Origin: Ramazzottius varieornatus
Lineage: Eukaryota; Animalia; Tardigrada
Assembly: GCA_001949185.1 (NCBI GenBank)
Contig: BDGG01000002.1
Span: 1,695,145-1,759,144 of the forward strand
DNA: 64,000 bases
Direction: 5' to 3'
Under the pieces are notes generated by a model, which ran no database searches, was not told the DNA's origin, and saw only the letters and a program-made list of their open reading frames with translations. A program made the translations under genes and the position numbers. Below, piece by piece: positions 41,396 to 61,740 of the stretch (its first letter is position 1; each line of letters opens with the position of its first letter).

Positions 41396-43376
41396 AGTCA
41401 CTCCACCTTTTTATGTTATTTTGACTAATTCGCACCTCTTCCTCATCGAACATTCGTTATCTTCAATCCCGACTATGTCTTGCATTTACATAATGTTCCA
41501 CACACCATGCTGCACATGTATACTAGCCACTTAGAGTGTAGTACGTAGCATCTATAAACGCGAACAACGCTTTTCACACCGTTTCAGAGTTGAATACTAC
41601 TTTTTCCCACGCATACGGTCCCCCCACCTGGTTTGCCTTGAACTTGGGATAACTAAATGTGCCGGGAGTATGGTCACAGACTCACAGCGTCCAATCAAAT
41701 TCTGAACGAATCGCAACGCGTAGTATGTAATAAGCGTTTAGAGATAGACTTTGCTTTCATCGTAGTTGTCCACCTGCCTAACAAGGGGTTATCCCACCTC
41801 TTTTTAGTCAAGTTGTCCTAGCGGAACGATAGAGAAGATTCTCCTCTTGGATTGGAGCCGAATTTCGCGGCGATCCTTCCATTACTCAAGTGGCGTCCAT
41901 TGACCACTCAAGTAAGCTACAGTGTCGTAAAGTTCGTTTGTCGCTAAGACACCGAATAATGGTTTGTCGCCAGAACACCCTGACGATGCCTGATAGCACA
42001 CCGTCCGGCCCAGTCTGACGATACACCCTCAACTGCAGCTGTCGAATCAGTCGCAGTTTCTTCAATCAACCTCCTAGGTCTTAATCAAAGATCTTCACTT
42101 CACTACAGTAATTTAGATCCGTTCACTTCCGGATCCTGCAGATTAATTCAGGTTCGGCGCGGGTTTAAGCTACCTGGCTCAGATGCAAGATGAACTTTCC
42201 TCTATCGTTTCGTCAGGATAATTTGACCAAAAAGAGCTGGGGGCAAGCACAATCCCCTTGTGAGTCAGTGCGTCGTCGGGTTGGAAAGCCCATATCCTAT
42301 CGAAGCGGATTTTTTGGCAAGCTGGTCTCACATGAACGCGCGGTTTAGCTGCTTTAGCAGCACTACAGTGTTTCTTCGATGTTTGACCTGCACTCCAAAT
42401 ATTATCTAATACCAACCTCAGCTGGGCGTCTCTTGGATCAAGTGAACGACGAGCCTTCATGGCAGACGCTAGGGGACGTGCGGTGGATAATTGGCTACCT
42501 GACCGTATTGTTTCGGGTTAGCTGACGAAGCCCGATGTTAGCCCGCGTACCTTCTCCGGTCATCGCTGCTCCGCGGTTTCTGTGTTTCTATCTCGCTGCC
42601 TTCGTGTTCTCCTAGAGGTGAATGCTCGGATATCGTGGGAGTCACCCTAGGATGTGAGATGAATGATTAGCCACCTCAGCCTACCTGACTGCTTTGCTTC
42701 AGGTTGTTCGACGTAGCCCCGGGTTGGCCAGATCAACTTCGCCTATCTGCCTGCCTTGGTACGGTGTGACGCATCAATTCTGATAGGCGTGTTGGTGTGC
42801 TGCGCCTCTACCCCAATCACGTTCAATACAATTTGTCCACTCTTGCGTAATTTCCGGGCTACACAGCCGCGGGACTGTGCAGAATATAAGCAGTCTGCCA
42901 ATAGTCCTAAACTGTGGTTGAAGCAATACCGCTCCTTTACAGTTCAAACTGCCGTACGAGACGCATACCACTGTTCCAGAAGCCATAATTTCAAGAGCCG
43001 CATTGAAATTCTCTTGACAAGAATTCTCATTGCAGATCTACAACCAGCACACCACCGTTCCATAAAGACATCAGATATTATCGACCTTTCCTTTTGCAGG
43101 TGGGCACCGAACATGTTTCCGGTCTCATAGCGATCTATGAGATGGTTCAGATGGCCGAACATGAACATATAACTACCGCCTTTTTACAATATTCGTAGAT
43201 ATCGATTTGGAATTCGGTTTTGTAGTGAATCCGCTGTCGACAATGCGGAACCTGAACATCTTAAAAGTAAATCCAACAACAACGCGTCTTTTAGAAACTT
43301 CAGCAAAAATGCATATGAAAAGTAGCGAGCGCCAAAAGTCACATCTGCGGTCCCTCAATAGACGCAGAGTAGGTGC

Positions 43377-50331
<6,955 letters not shown>

Positions 50332-51003
50332 GGCTACTTTCCCGGTCGATCACTCCCGCTGGTAAACCCTAACAAACTCATGCGACTTCCGCATGCATCA
50401 AACCGACAGAAGTCGGGGAAATCTTAATATCTACGCCACACATATTTGCTACAGCCGGGTCCTCCTGCTGGGTGCAACGAGGTTTGACGAATAAAATGAA
50501 AGCGAACTTCTGACTTTCAGAGTGGATGTGATTTTAAGGCAGTCGACTGTTGGAGCTCGGTCACAGATCGAGCTACCGAACCACGGAAGATCTGCGCCAG
50601 TTGTAAAAGCATGCGCTGTCGAACGCCGGCTACTCAAAAATCCACCTGTCTTTAGCTTTTTCTTGTAGTTGAGTAAGCGCGATGTGCTCCAGATCTTGTT
50701 AGACTGCTTTCAGCACCACTATCAGACCCTTGGGCGTTTTCTTACATGGTTCTATCAAATAAAGTGACAAACTGCAGACGCGTTGAAAATCGGAATTTCC
50801 CACTAGCCCACGTGTATTTGTCCTTGCCGGCTTGCGGAGTACAGTATGTTAGAAGTTAAACCCAAGGCAGGACAACACACCGAAAGTACCATCAAATATT
50901 CGTCAAGGTATTGTACAATATACTGTGTACAAAAGGAGCAGAATTCTTTCGACAAAATAAGGCTTTTCATTAAGTATACCATGTTGTCAATCATATGATC
51001 GAG

Positions 51004-51719
51004 CAGAGAGACAGAAGTAGGTGAACGAGCCGTTGTGTGTACCGTAGAGCCGTATAACATGGAAGCAGAAGCACTTAGCACAACTGATCTAATACGCACC
51101 GCGGCCTAGAGCACTGGGCCGCAGGTCCAAAAGTACGCTGGGCTGTGCTGCAAAACGTTTATGCCCAGTGGCTAAGCAGCTGTGCTGTAGATGCAAGTTG
51201 ACCTGGTGCAACTGCGCGGAGCGCCGATGTACGTATTGGCGTGGTTTGAATTTAGTCAGTGAAATCGGTAGTCAACCTGGAGAACGTTGCCCTAAAGTGC
51301 GGCAAAGCTGAGACGGCTGACGTTCGAATGCCCAAAAATCTGTAATTTTTGATAGTTTTCGGTAGGTGCATCTGCGCGGTAGTCTATGGCTTTCTGCTGT
51401 ATGCTGTGCTGTGCCGCACAAATTTCGTCAGTTCACGCGCTGCAGCTCTGCTGCAGCACAGCACAGCTGCATTGCAGTGCAGCGCATGCGGCCAGATTCC
51501 GTGCTCTACCGCGGCCACACTCGGGTAGAATCGTGATTCATTTGGCCGGTCTGGCTCGCACCGTCTAGCTCACCGGGTTACCCCGAGAAAAATGAAATTT
51601 TCCCAAGTCATAAATTTCAGCGTAGCTTCGTCACAGTGCCAGTCAGGCAATGAACCTATCATTGAAGGACTGGTGTGACGTACATACGTGTCCCTCTACC
51701 CCCCCCTCTAGTCTCTCTG
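51004..51719. mobile_element. Second copy of the CAGAGAG P-like MITE, interrupted by a hAT MITE
   Basis: 51636-51719 is the reverse complement of 21210-21290; left end cagagagacag at 51004; atcgag flanks both ends. Confidence 0.7.
51107..51508. mobile_element. Non-autonomous hAT MITE
   Basis: TIR TAGAGCAC...GTGCTCTA; perfect 8-bp TSD ccgcggcc; GCTGT/GCAGC subterminal repeats. Confidence 0.9.
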
Positions 51720-54700
51720 ATCGAGTACGTTTCGGCGCCGGGCGCAGAAAACGGAGAGGGGTATGTGGCAGGATCAGCCCTTTCTGCCTCTGCAGGCAGT
51801 ACAGGTCGGGTGGCGTTCCGAAAATCTAATTTACTCGCTGATTGGACGCCACAATACTGTATATAGATCTGTTGTATCCGAAATATTAATACGTACGTCG
51901 ATTTCCGAACCGACCCACGAATAGGCCGCAGTTGTCGCAAAACCAAATTCCTAAATAATTAGACACGAAGTACAGGGCTTCGGGCGGTATGTGAGGAGAG
52001 CAAGTTTACGTTAGGAATTTTCACCCCAGCAACCACAGCAAAAAGTGGTGCCATCTGTCGTGGTACCCTGACCGAAGCTTAATGAGCAGAAAGGTAGGCG
52101 GTGGAGTCCCTCGGTTCTTCCAGCGAAAACAAGCCCTTCAACTGGACCAGTCTTCCCTTAGTCCGGTGAGTTTCGTTGTCGTTCCCTGCATGTGGATGGT
52201 TAGTGTTATCAGTTTCATCCAGAGAGTGTAATGAATTGATGGGCTGGTGCCCATTTCATGCATCGATTCCCATCAGAGACTTGTCCCGATGACCGATGCT
52301 AAGCGGCGCATCGCATCGCACCGATACACCGCCGATCTCTTGGATGTCCCCCTGCATATTCCTTCAACTCAGTTGGAATGTTGACTGACAGAAATAAGCC
52401 ATCCTTCAGCCAGCTTTCATCTGATGGTAAGCGATCTTGCGCAGCACTTTTTCACGCCGTTGCAGTCTACGTCTCCATCTCAGGCTGTCAAGGAACGGGA
52501 AGTCGGACTTATCCGCATGCTGACGACATGAAGCAATCTAAATTTAAATCACGGTCAGAAGAACAAATTGCTCTGCTTAAACTGTAGCGAAGGCTACGAG
52601 ATGCAATCGCAGAACTGAATCGACTAAATAGCCATGATTCTTGCGCAGCTTTTAGCGGTTCTTGCTATCTCTTTCCTTCTCAGTTACTAAAATCAGAACC
52701 AGACATATTCTTCGGTGCCACACGACAAATTCTTCCACTTCCTTCACCTCCCATAAGAACACTCAATCGCCTTCCGATCATTCGTCAGGCACTTAAATCT
52801 GAGCTGCGCATTACAGCGTGCCATTGTTCGCCATTCCGAAATCGCCGTATTTATCACGGTGCTTTTCCGAAATCTTCCAATAACGATAGACTATTTTTGG
52901 ATTTTGCTCTGTGACCAACTGGAAATCAGATTATCGGGAGGGAAAAACCAACATCAATTTTGCCTGGATGTGCTCTACTATTATCGTTCATTTGGATGAA
53001 TATTTTTTCAAGAAGGTCGCGCAATCAAATTTAAGTGGGGGAATGTTTGGCCAAGGCAGATTTGACCGTCTTCTCGGCAGAAACTTATTGGCAAAGAGCA
53101 ATCTGGGACGAGGGGGCCTTGAGGAGCGGAAAGAGCCGAGCGGACGGGCTGTTGCCAAAAGGGAGTCATCAGGAGGAATAGTTCAACGTCGTATTTGCAA
53201 GTCAAATCAGCCTCTATCGATCGACATCGCCCTCTCCCAACTTTTTCGGCATGCACTACTCCTCAACAACAAGCAAGTTAGTTTATCGACTTTTGGACTC
53301 AACGTTGGACGTGCGCATCCGGCCAGTGATAAAACAACCGGCCGAAGGAAAAGAGATGGATGGACGAAGGGAGCTTGTTGTGACAGGAATGAATAGAGAG
53401 GATATATATGTGCATATATACGCAGGCGCTATGCTCCAGCGCCCAAATTGACTTTCCTGCCTTTTCTTCCCGTTCCCTTTTCCCCCACTACACACAGTGT
53501 TGGAATGCGCTCAAAATGGGTCGATGGCTGTCAAGTCTGGCCGAAGGAAGAAAGTTGGCCAATCTAAGGACTTTCGTACACTGCGCCAGGCCGAAAATAG
53601 AACAGGGAAAATGAAGGAAGGGGAGGAAGGAAGAGGCTAATACTCTGGAGGCCCATTCGCTGCTTGGACGCTGAAAGAGGAAACTTTACTACACTGCATG
53701 GGAAGGGATGGTTGCGGCGCAGCTTTTTTGCAGAAGTCCATCGATCGGTTTGTGTTATCGTAGGCTGTGGCTCGGGCCCATTCCCCGATTACTCTTTGCA
53801 AAAGCTGAAGCTCCAGTTTCAACTCTGGGTATAAACATTCCGGCTAGCTTCTGTGAGCTTGCAGCCACTAAAGGCAGTAACAGTATAGTGAACACTTGTC
53901 ATCCCCATCAATATCCGACATTTATCCCTCCGTCCACCGCCGCAGACAGTCTGACATGTTGTTGTGGCACGCATTGCATCAGCTTCGGCACTTTGACCGA
54001 TTAGCTCTCGGGCTTTTTACCCCATGTCTTTTCACGAAGTCGGATGTGTGGCTGCCATAATGGAAGGTAAGTTATTCTGCTACAGCACAAAAGCGAGAAT
54101 TCGTCCTGTTGATTAAGTTTCTCATTGAGCGGAGGTGTATCGTATTGTAAGTGCGACTGCGGGACAGAAAGAAGTTTATTGGGCGGATGTCATCATTTTG
54201 GGATATGTGCGATGGGTATTATACATGTGGGAGTAAAGTCTATTTTGATCCCACTTGCTTTTCCTATATTTACTTCCGCTGTCTGTAACACATTATCCAC
54301 TAAACACCGACCAGCAGACAGACCAGCAGGTGCTAAAAATATGCTTGAACCCGCGCACATGTGTGTCACGCACGCAGCATATCTGAATTTTTCAGAACGA
54401 AGTTGAATGAGAATTGTCGTACGCAAAACTCAGTTCTTTCCTCCACTTTGCTCCGATGCATCTCTGATGCTCCTTCTGAACCAAGAACCTTAGCTTACCT
54501 CGCAAGCCAATCGGCGAAAATTCCTGCACAGTGTAGGAGAAAGTAGTTGTTCGTTACTCCAGAACCGTTTGACTCAAAGTAATAATTTCTTCTCGAAGAC
54601 TCTGAAAGCTTTGAGATTTATAGAAAAAGCTCGCCGTTGATACTGTTGACTTTAGCTCAGTAGCATCTATAACCTGGTACCAGACGGGGGGACTGGCCTC

Positions 54701-55724
54701 GCGATAGTTGATTATTCAGAAGCTGAAATTTTCTTTGCTTGATCATCCTGAATAACAAACAGGCCTATGAAGCGGCGAGGCAAAATTTCTCGCTAGTCCA
54801 AGACGAAGGGAAAGGAGAACGCGGGAGTATGGCATGATTGAATTATTGTTGACTGATGGCCAGTCCTAGCCTGAATGACTATCATCAATGGCGCTTCTGC
54901 CCATAATCAACCTAAATGTTGTCCTTTTCCCCCATCCTCATTCTATACCGACTCCTTTCTCCTCAGTGCGTTCCAACAGCACAGCAACTTGAGAAACAGG
55001 ATGGCTGTTCAAACAAGCTACACACTAGCCGCGTTGATTCACCCCACAAACATTCCTCATCTTCAATCAACCGTAAGCAGTACGAGATAATATAAAATGT
55101 CGCAACTTCATCCAACACACTTGCGTTTCTTTGAGTCATTGCAACTCCGGTCTTATTACCCTCATCCATTAGGCGTGCAATATTGGAATGGAACAAAAGT
55201 ACAGATGTTACTGTTCACATCATCTCCTGGTGTCTATCGCTGCATTGACTGTACAATTCTGCATTGTTGACTTGCTTTGCAGGGCAACATGCAGAAACGA
55301 GCAAAGAAACTGCATTTCGCTACGAGCATTTCGGAAGTTCGCCATCATGCCAAGACAGTGGCCGGAGGGTCAATGCATCTTCCCCATCTAGACTTTCGCC
55401 ACTTAGAAATTTATTCAGACAAGTGGACGGAGTGTTAGATAGGGCAAGATTCATTGACCAACGCAACCTGACCAGCTCCAAGTCCGCCAATCACAAGAGT
55501 GATCGGCAACAGGCCACCAATCCATGCAGTGAGGTAAGTGCCAGCGCCTGGCGGTGACACACAAATCGTGCCCGAAACCTCGGCGGTCCAGTCGTCTGTG
55601 CACTTTTGTTCCCTAGCAGCACACCAGTGGAAAAAAGTCGACATTGAATGACTCATCTGGAAGAAGGCTTGTGTTGTTGTTTTTTTTATAAAAATGGTAG
55701 ATGCTTTTTTTCTGACGGTGAAAC

Positions 55725-58700
55725 ATGAGAAGTTTATGCGGGGAACATCTGAGGTTCATCTTGCTGTTATATCTGTGCAAAGCTCGGGAATGCGAAGTGT
55801 TGCCGCGCATTTCTCTAAACGGTATCGGTAGTTCTGCCGCTCGACAGGTGATGGAGGCCGTGCTGAGCGCCTACAAACTTGTGCGGAGTAACGTGGTAGG
55901 CAACTACACGATGGAGACACGTTTGTCCAGTCTCTTGTTCCGAGTAGTCGGCGGTCGAGATCCCGCCATTAACGTGTCGTTTGGGGCAGTTTTCGGGCAA
56001 ACACCCGTCGACACCACCAACACCCTCATAACCATCCCCGTCATGGCTCAGTCCATCGTCATCATCTACAACCTTCCCAACATCACCCTGCGTTTGGACA
56101 AGGCCCAGTTCGTCGGTATCTTCAGCCGAACCATCAAACGCTGGTCGGACCCCAAGCTGGCCACAGCCGGCGTCCAACTGCCCGACGCTCCCATCGAAGT
56201 GTGGATCCGTGCACAAGGCTCGTCCGGACCGTTGGTCCGACGATTGATGGCCAAGTATGATAATTCGGACATGCCTGATAATCCGCGAGACTACTGGCCG
56301 CAGAGTCTCGACTATAGGACGGCAGACTCGGCTTTTGGTGAAGCGGGAGGGGTGGCGTTCTACAACAATACTATTGGTTTCGTCGGTTATTCCACCTACA
56401 TGACCAGCTGTAAGGAATTGGACAGAGTTGTCCTACAGGCGGCGTGGATGCCGAATAGCGCAGGCGTTAGCATAGAACCGACACCGGGAGCGGTGAGTAT
56501 CGCTCTAAGTTGCCTGTCTCGCTCCCAGTACAAGCAGGAACAGGAAGCTTGGGCCAGACGGAAAGACGGCAGACTGAAAATCCAACCGTAGAAAACTGCC
56601 GAAAAGTACATGGGTGTGAATTACACCCTTACGTACGTACTTCAGTTCCGCTGTTTCGGAATCGTCTGGCCCAAACTTTTTACTGGCTCAAACTTCCTTT
56701 TCGTACGTGTGGTGATATTCATTGCTGTCGTTGCAGCTGAAGGATAGCATGGCTCAACTGACTTTTGACGACAATTATCAGGAGGCCATTCTGGCCCCAG
56801 ATGGGGATACCGCCTACCCCTTAGGTTCCTTCCTTTACGTTGTGGTCAGGAAGGTTTCCTCGGACGCGGAGGTCCAGCTGGACTGTGAGACGCAAGCCGA
56901 GATATTACGCTTTACCTTGTGGCTGGCGACGAGTGAAACTGGACGTGCCATCGCCAGTGACAACTTCTTTGTGTCCCTGCCACCCAACTTGCTGGCCACT
57001 GTGGTTAAGCCCGCTCTGCAGGAAATGCGCTGCGGATACGACAACTTGGGCGTAGTATGGGACCTGGTCAAAGCCGAAGTGGATGCCGAACATGCCGTCA
57101 TCGAATATGGGTAAATCTTTCAAACCTAGGGGTGGAATGTTACTTGGAAGGCCGGCGAAGGAAACGCAGGAGATCGGGCTTTCAAGTGGCGCGGTTTTAC
57201 GGTGGTTTTGCTTGAAAGCCTGCGTCACTTGAGCCAATCATCTTGTAGGTTTCGTTGCCTGCCTGCTTTTTCTGTTTGTCTACGCTTTGTACCAAGATAT
57301 TCCGCGAAAGTTGGTGGGCTGATTTTGTGACACCGCAGGTAGGTTGGAAATTGGATTGACCGGTGCTTTGCTGATGGTGGTAGCGTTAGTCGTTTGGTTG
57401 GCTCACAAATTGTGGCTGCATATGGTGATGTTCCGACAAGCTCAGCGGCAAATCTACGTGGTACCAGGGAGGGACATTGTTATTATTCATGCCTCGCAAG
57501 AAAAATACGAGCAGATGATGGTGGCTCGGTGCTTCATGGAAGGACGCGAGTCGCGACCCGTCTTTGTCGTTGGCGAGTATCAGGAAGACGTCGTCATGCT
57601 CCGCCGGATGGACATTGTCATTTCCCAAATCGACATGAGACTTCGCTTGTGTCTGGTACGCTTGATGAAGAAAATGCGACATCCAAACATTGCGCGCTTT
57701 TATGGCCTGACACAAATCAGCGGATTTCAGTCCAAATGCTTCCTTATCAGCCAGTTCTGTAAGGTCCCCACCACATCATTAAAAAATTCGACCAAGTGTA
57801 ACTAACCACTATTCTGGAAGGTCCATTAGGTGATCTGAGAACCGCGTTGGATAACAAGCGAAACGAGCTAGACGCACCGATCAAATTTGGCATGACGAAA
57901 GGCATCACCGAAGGTTTACTCTTCCTTCACTCCAAGGGGATTGTTCACGGTAACCTCCGCAGTACTTCGGTGTACTTGGAAGCCGACTGGACCACCAAGA
58001 TTTCCGACTGGGATCTGACGTCCATCGAGGTCCTCGCTGACAAGTTCCACAACCGGGAGCGTGTTGCGCGCTTCAACCTCAGCGAGCAAGAAGAAGCCAT
58101 GTATCTCCCGCCTCTTTTGTGGTCAGCGCCGGAAATTCTGCGGGCCGTGGCCAAAGACCAAATTTTCCGCCCTACTAAAGAGTGTGACGTGTACAGGTGT
58201 GCTAACAGTTTTTGCGAAGTGGAAGGCTCAGATGGCATATAATTCAAGTCGGTAACAATGGAAATGTGCGTTACTTGAGAAAACAGATTTGGCAAGACCT
58301 GTTTCTTCGAACCGGCGCATGCTATGGCAGCTTATATCGAAGACTTGCGCCACTTGATAAAACATTGTCCACGGTTTGTTTCGTTCAGCCCCCAAATGAA
58401 ATAGTATATTTTGACGTTCACATTTCAGCTTCTCCATCATATTTTTCGAGATCCTCACCCGTGATCTTCCTTACGACTACCACCTGGTTCCGCAAAGCAT
58501 GACATACGACCGTTTACTAGCTATGGTCCGTCGTTCAAAGAATCCTCTTCGACCACTGGACTTCAAAGAGAAGGACCAGATCTGGCAGAATATCCCCAGG
58601 TCAGTCATCCAGATCATGAAAGCCGGCTGGTCGCCCGACCCCACTCGTCGACCGACCATCCATCACATTCGCGAGATCCTCCACGCTGTCAGTTCTGAGA

Positions 58701-61263
58701 TGAAGCGCCTGGCTGATCTGACCATCGTTCACACCCGCGCACAAATCGAACAGTACAAGAGGAACATTATCAAGAACAATGAAGAAGCGCTAGAGTTGAT
58801 CAAGGATTTAGAGAACACAAAGGTGGACTTCCTGACGCGGTGGGTGTACGAACTGACCTTGAGTGGGCAGGTGATCGAACCACGATGTTATCAGGTCTTG
58901 TATGTTCTGCGCTGTGCCTTGGTCAACTACGAAGCTCTCTGTACTTCGACCCACGGAGATGCGGTGCTGTATTTTGTCGACCGGTTCTATCGGATTATTG
59001 ACATCGTTCTCCCACCAGATCGAAATATCCACCGTTTACATTCTAACGGCGACGAGATTACTATCGTGGGTGCGCTCCCTGTAGGCGGTGTGGAGTACGC
59101 TTCGAAGCTGGCGATTCTCGCATTGGATGTTTTAGTCGCGGTAAATTTCAACATGAGTTCTACCCGTTTTCACCGATTCAAATTACGAAATCACCTACTG
59201 TTACACTATTTATACTTATCTCAAAAAAAATACTGAATATGATATGTCTAAACTAGACAATTTCGCCAAGTGCCGCATTCCTCCAGACATCGAAATCGAA
59301 ACCGTGCGCCACTTGGGAAAACCATCAAGCTTGACGAAATCGTTTTCCCAAATGGTTCATCCTTTCGCCCAACGACACTTAAAGAAGTGCGCCGCTTGGA
59401 AAGACGATCCGGTCGAATTTGTTCGCTGAGCTTCCATCTTGCCTCAAACTCAGGATCTCGAGGGAAAGAAACCGTATCCCTTTGCAGGTTTGGTCGGCGG
59501 ACTTGCTGGACATAGACTGGGACCGAATGGAAGTCAGGATTGCCTTGACATGTGGGCCCAGTGTGGCCGGGATTTACGGCAACAGCCATCGGTCTTTCAC
59601 GGTGGTGGGTTCGGCTAGCGATGAAGCTAGCTTGGTGGAAAGTGCCGGTGCCACTTATCGCGTCCTGATGAGTGAGGCCTACTACGAAGCGCTCAAAATG
59701 TACCCGGACTTTACCGCCCAGGAAAATAACCATGATAAGAAAGTCCTTCCTGGCGATCAGAAGACTTACTGGCTACGGAAGAAGGACAACTACAAAAACC
59801 AAAAGATTTTAGACGATATCGCTAAACTGTACCCACCACCCGACTCTCGAGGCATCGTGTCAGAAGATTTCCACATCCGGTCAGTCAGTTATGAAAAACT
59901 CATGTGATTGTAATTAGTTTAATTTTTGTTATGAATACCTTGTCTTCTTGCAATTTCAGATATTTTCTTTGAGATTCGATATAGGGAATTTCTTTGCAGG
60001 TCCCGCGATCGCCGCAAAGCTCAAGCAGCCAAAGCCTCTCTACAAGCAGGTCCCACCGGTTCATACATCGAGAAAGATCTCCGCTCAGGCTACCTCATCG
60101 AACACCGCGATCGCAGTAAAGAAACAACCAGCGTACTTTCCGTCGTCCAGACCAAAGACGCCCAGAAGAAGTCTCGGCCACGTTCCACCACCAAGGATCT
60201 CCGCAGCAGCAGCAACAACACACCCTCCGCTATCTTCGGCAGTATGGTCGGTCCTCAAGGTTTCACCTTCTTGAAGGAGCCTTACCGCCGCGAGAAGATC
60301 CGACAACATGGCGCCTTCGTTCTCAACCAGGACCATCTAGTCGCAACTATGCTGACCGGCCAGCTCGGCCACCGACGAGTTCAGCATGCCCAGACAGCTC
60401 TACTGACCGTCCCCAGTACGCACCACCATCATCATCACCACCACATGCATCCTCACCGCCACCACTATCCTCACTCTCTCCACGGGTATGTACCGGAGCA
60501 CGACAACATCTTCCTACGAGTGCCGATTGATGTGCGCCATGTTATGTCTGGACCTTCAGTGACTTCGGCGGCTTTCATCGTATCGGACCAACCTTCCGGA
60601 AGTCAGATCCTTCAAATTGACATTCCGACCGAAAGATCACCGCTGGGACAAACTGTGGTTGCTCGACCCACCAATAAACGAACGAGTCAGTCAGATGAAC
60701 AGATTAAGCAGACTGCTTCGGAGGTTGTGGAGGAACTCGACCGAACTCGGTTGACTTCGACCGAACAAGAAACCAGCGAAGAAGAAGCCAAGAAGAAGGC
60801 CAAGCCTAGCCTGGTGGAGGAACGCATCGCCATGTACGAGCGGAACATACACAAGAACCACGGGGAAGATTCGAGTCGTGTGCGCGTCAAGCACCATCGT
60901 CACAGTAAGAAGAAGCGACGGCGTAGCAAGCCAAAGCTAGCGCAGCGTACATCCTCCACACGGTCGGACAAGCTGCGCAAAACCAGCTTGTGGGTGGCGC
61001 AGTTACCCGACACTTCGGTCTTGCTGGAGGAAGATGATCGCCAAGCCGAAGGAGCGACCGACGAAGAAAAGGAAGAAGGAAAAGAAAGCAGATCCAAGTC
61101 GCGGATTCGAAGAAGGAGTAAATGTCGAAGGAAGAGTACTCGATCGAAAAGGCGGAGAAGAACAACGGAAGGTCTGGCCGATCAGGAAGAAGGGACGCCC
61201 ATATTGAGTGTGGAAGTGACGGACGACGAGAGGACAACGGAAGAAGAGGATGAATATCTATAG
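55725..61263 (+). CDS. Receptor guanylyl-cyclase-like protein: PstS-like ectodomain, TM, kinase-homology domain, degenerate class III cyclase, long His-rich/charged tail
   Basis: Signal peptide; PstS-like LNGIGSS, YNLPNITLRLD..IFSRTIKRWSDP, IGFVGY, NSAGVSIEPT, AYPLGSFLY; TM ~57350-57420; HPNIARFYG, HGNLRST, LWSAPEIL, CDVYS; cyclase fold VRIALTCGPSVAGIYG...KTYWL; intron 59880-59999 joins ORF 60244-61263 in frame. Confidence 0.85.
56546..56677. mobile_element. Intronic MITE-like palindrome
   Basis: aagcttgggccagacg...cgtctggcccaaactt (15/16 inverted match) in intron 56493-56736. Confidence 0.65.
57149..57265. repeat. N27 palindrome family, monomer (receptor intron)
   Basis: caagtggcgcg-N27-tgcgtcacttg. 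Confidence 0.85.
58245..58393. repeat. N27 palindrome family, 1.5-mer (receptor intron)
   Basis: tgcgttacttgagaaaac, then ccggcgca-N26-tgcgccacttg. Confidence 0.75.
59248..59435. repeat. N27 palindrome family, dimer (receptor intron)
   Basis: Cores at 59271 and 59353 (82 bp apart), spacers 27 and 28. Confidence 0.85.
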
Positions 61264-61740
61264 TTGATCTCATCGATATAAAGCAATCATGGAAATTAAA
61301 AGGGTGGGTTAGCTAGCTCGATTAGTTCGACATCTGTATTTATTACAGTGTAAACACATTATCGACTTCCGTTGGAGACATATTAAAAAGTGAACGCTCA
61401 GCATGTGAAGGATGATGGTTGACGTGTAAATTCCTCAAACGTATGAGGACCGTTTAGTACGTCTCTCCGGATCTTGAAGTTGCCCAGCCGATATCTGTCC
61501 GATGTCACTGTTCTATGACGGCTAATTGATCCATCCAGTACCATGGAGAAGTGGTATGTCAAGACGGAAAACCGAGCTTGGGGATGGAGCAGCGTGTTAA
61601 GTGCTGTCCCACAAAGTTCTACTTTCCAGTCTTCAGATCTCGGATTACTCTTTTCCGGCTGAATTAGTTATTGGCATCGATGTATCTAAACTGCTAATGT
61701 GCAGATGTGTCTTGCGCGCTGAATTCTGAGCGTATCCGAA

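Noticed and set aside
41400-43370. Short ORFs between FMO and ABCC
   Set aside because: No recognisable motifs or consistent splice structure
51750-55700. ORFs such as 52911-53396 in the ABCC-receptor intergenic region
   Set aside because: No domain similarity recognised; may be decayed sequence, but I cannot support a call
55725-57110. Bacterial contamination explaining the PstS-like sequence
   Set aside because: It is interrupted by GT-AG introns carrying host repeats and is fused in frame to metazoan rGC domains
60244-61263. Stand-alone 339-aa His-rich gene
   Set aside because: The frame is open from the acceptor at 60000 and phase-compatible with the cyclase exon, so it is better read as the receptor's last exon
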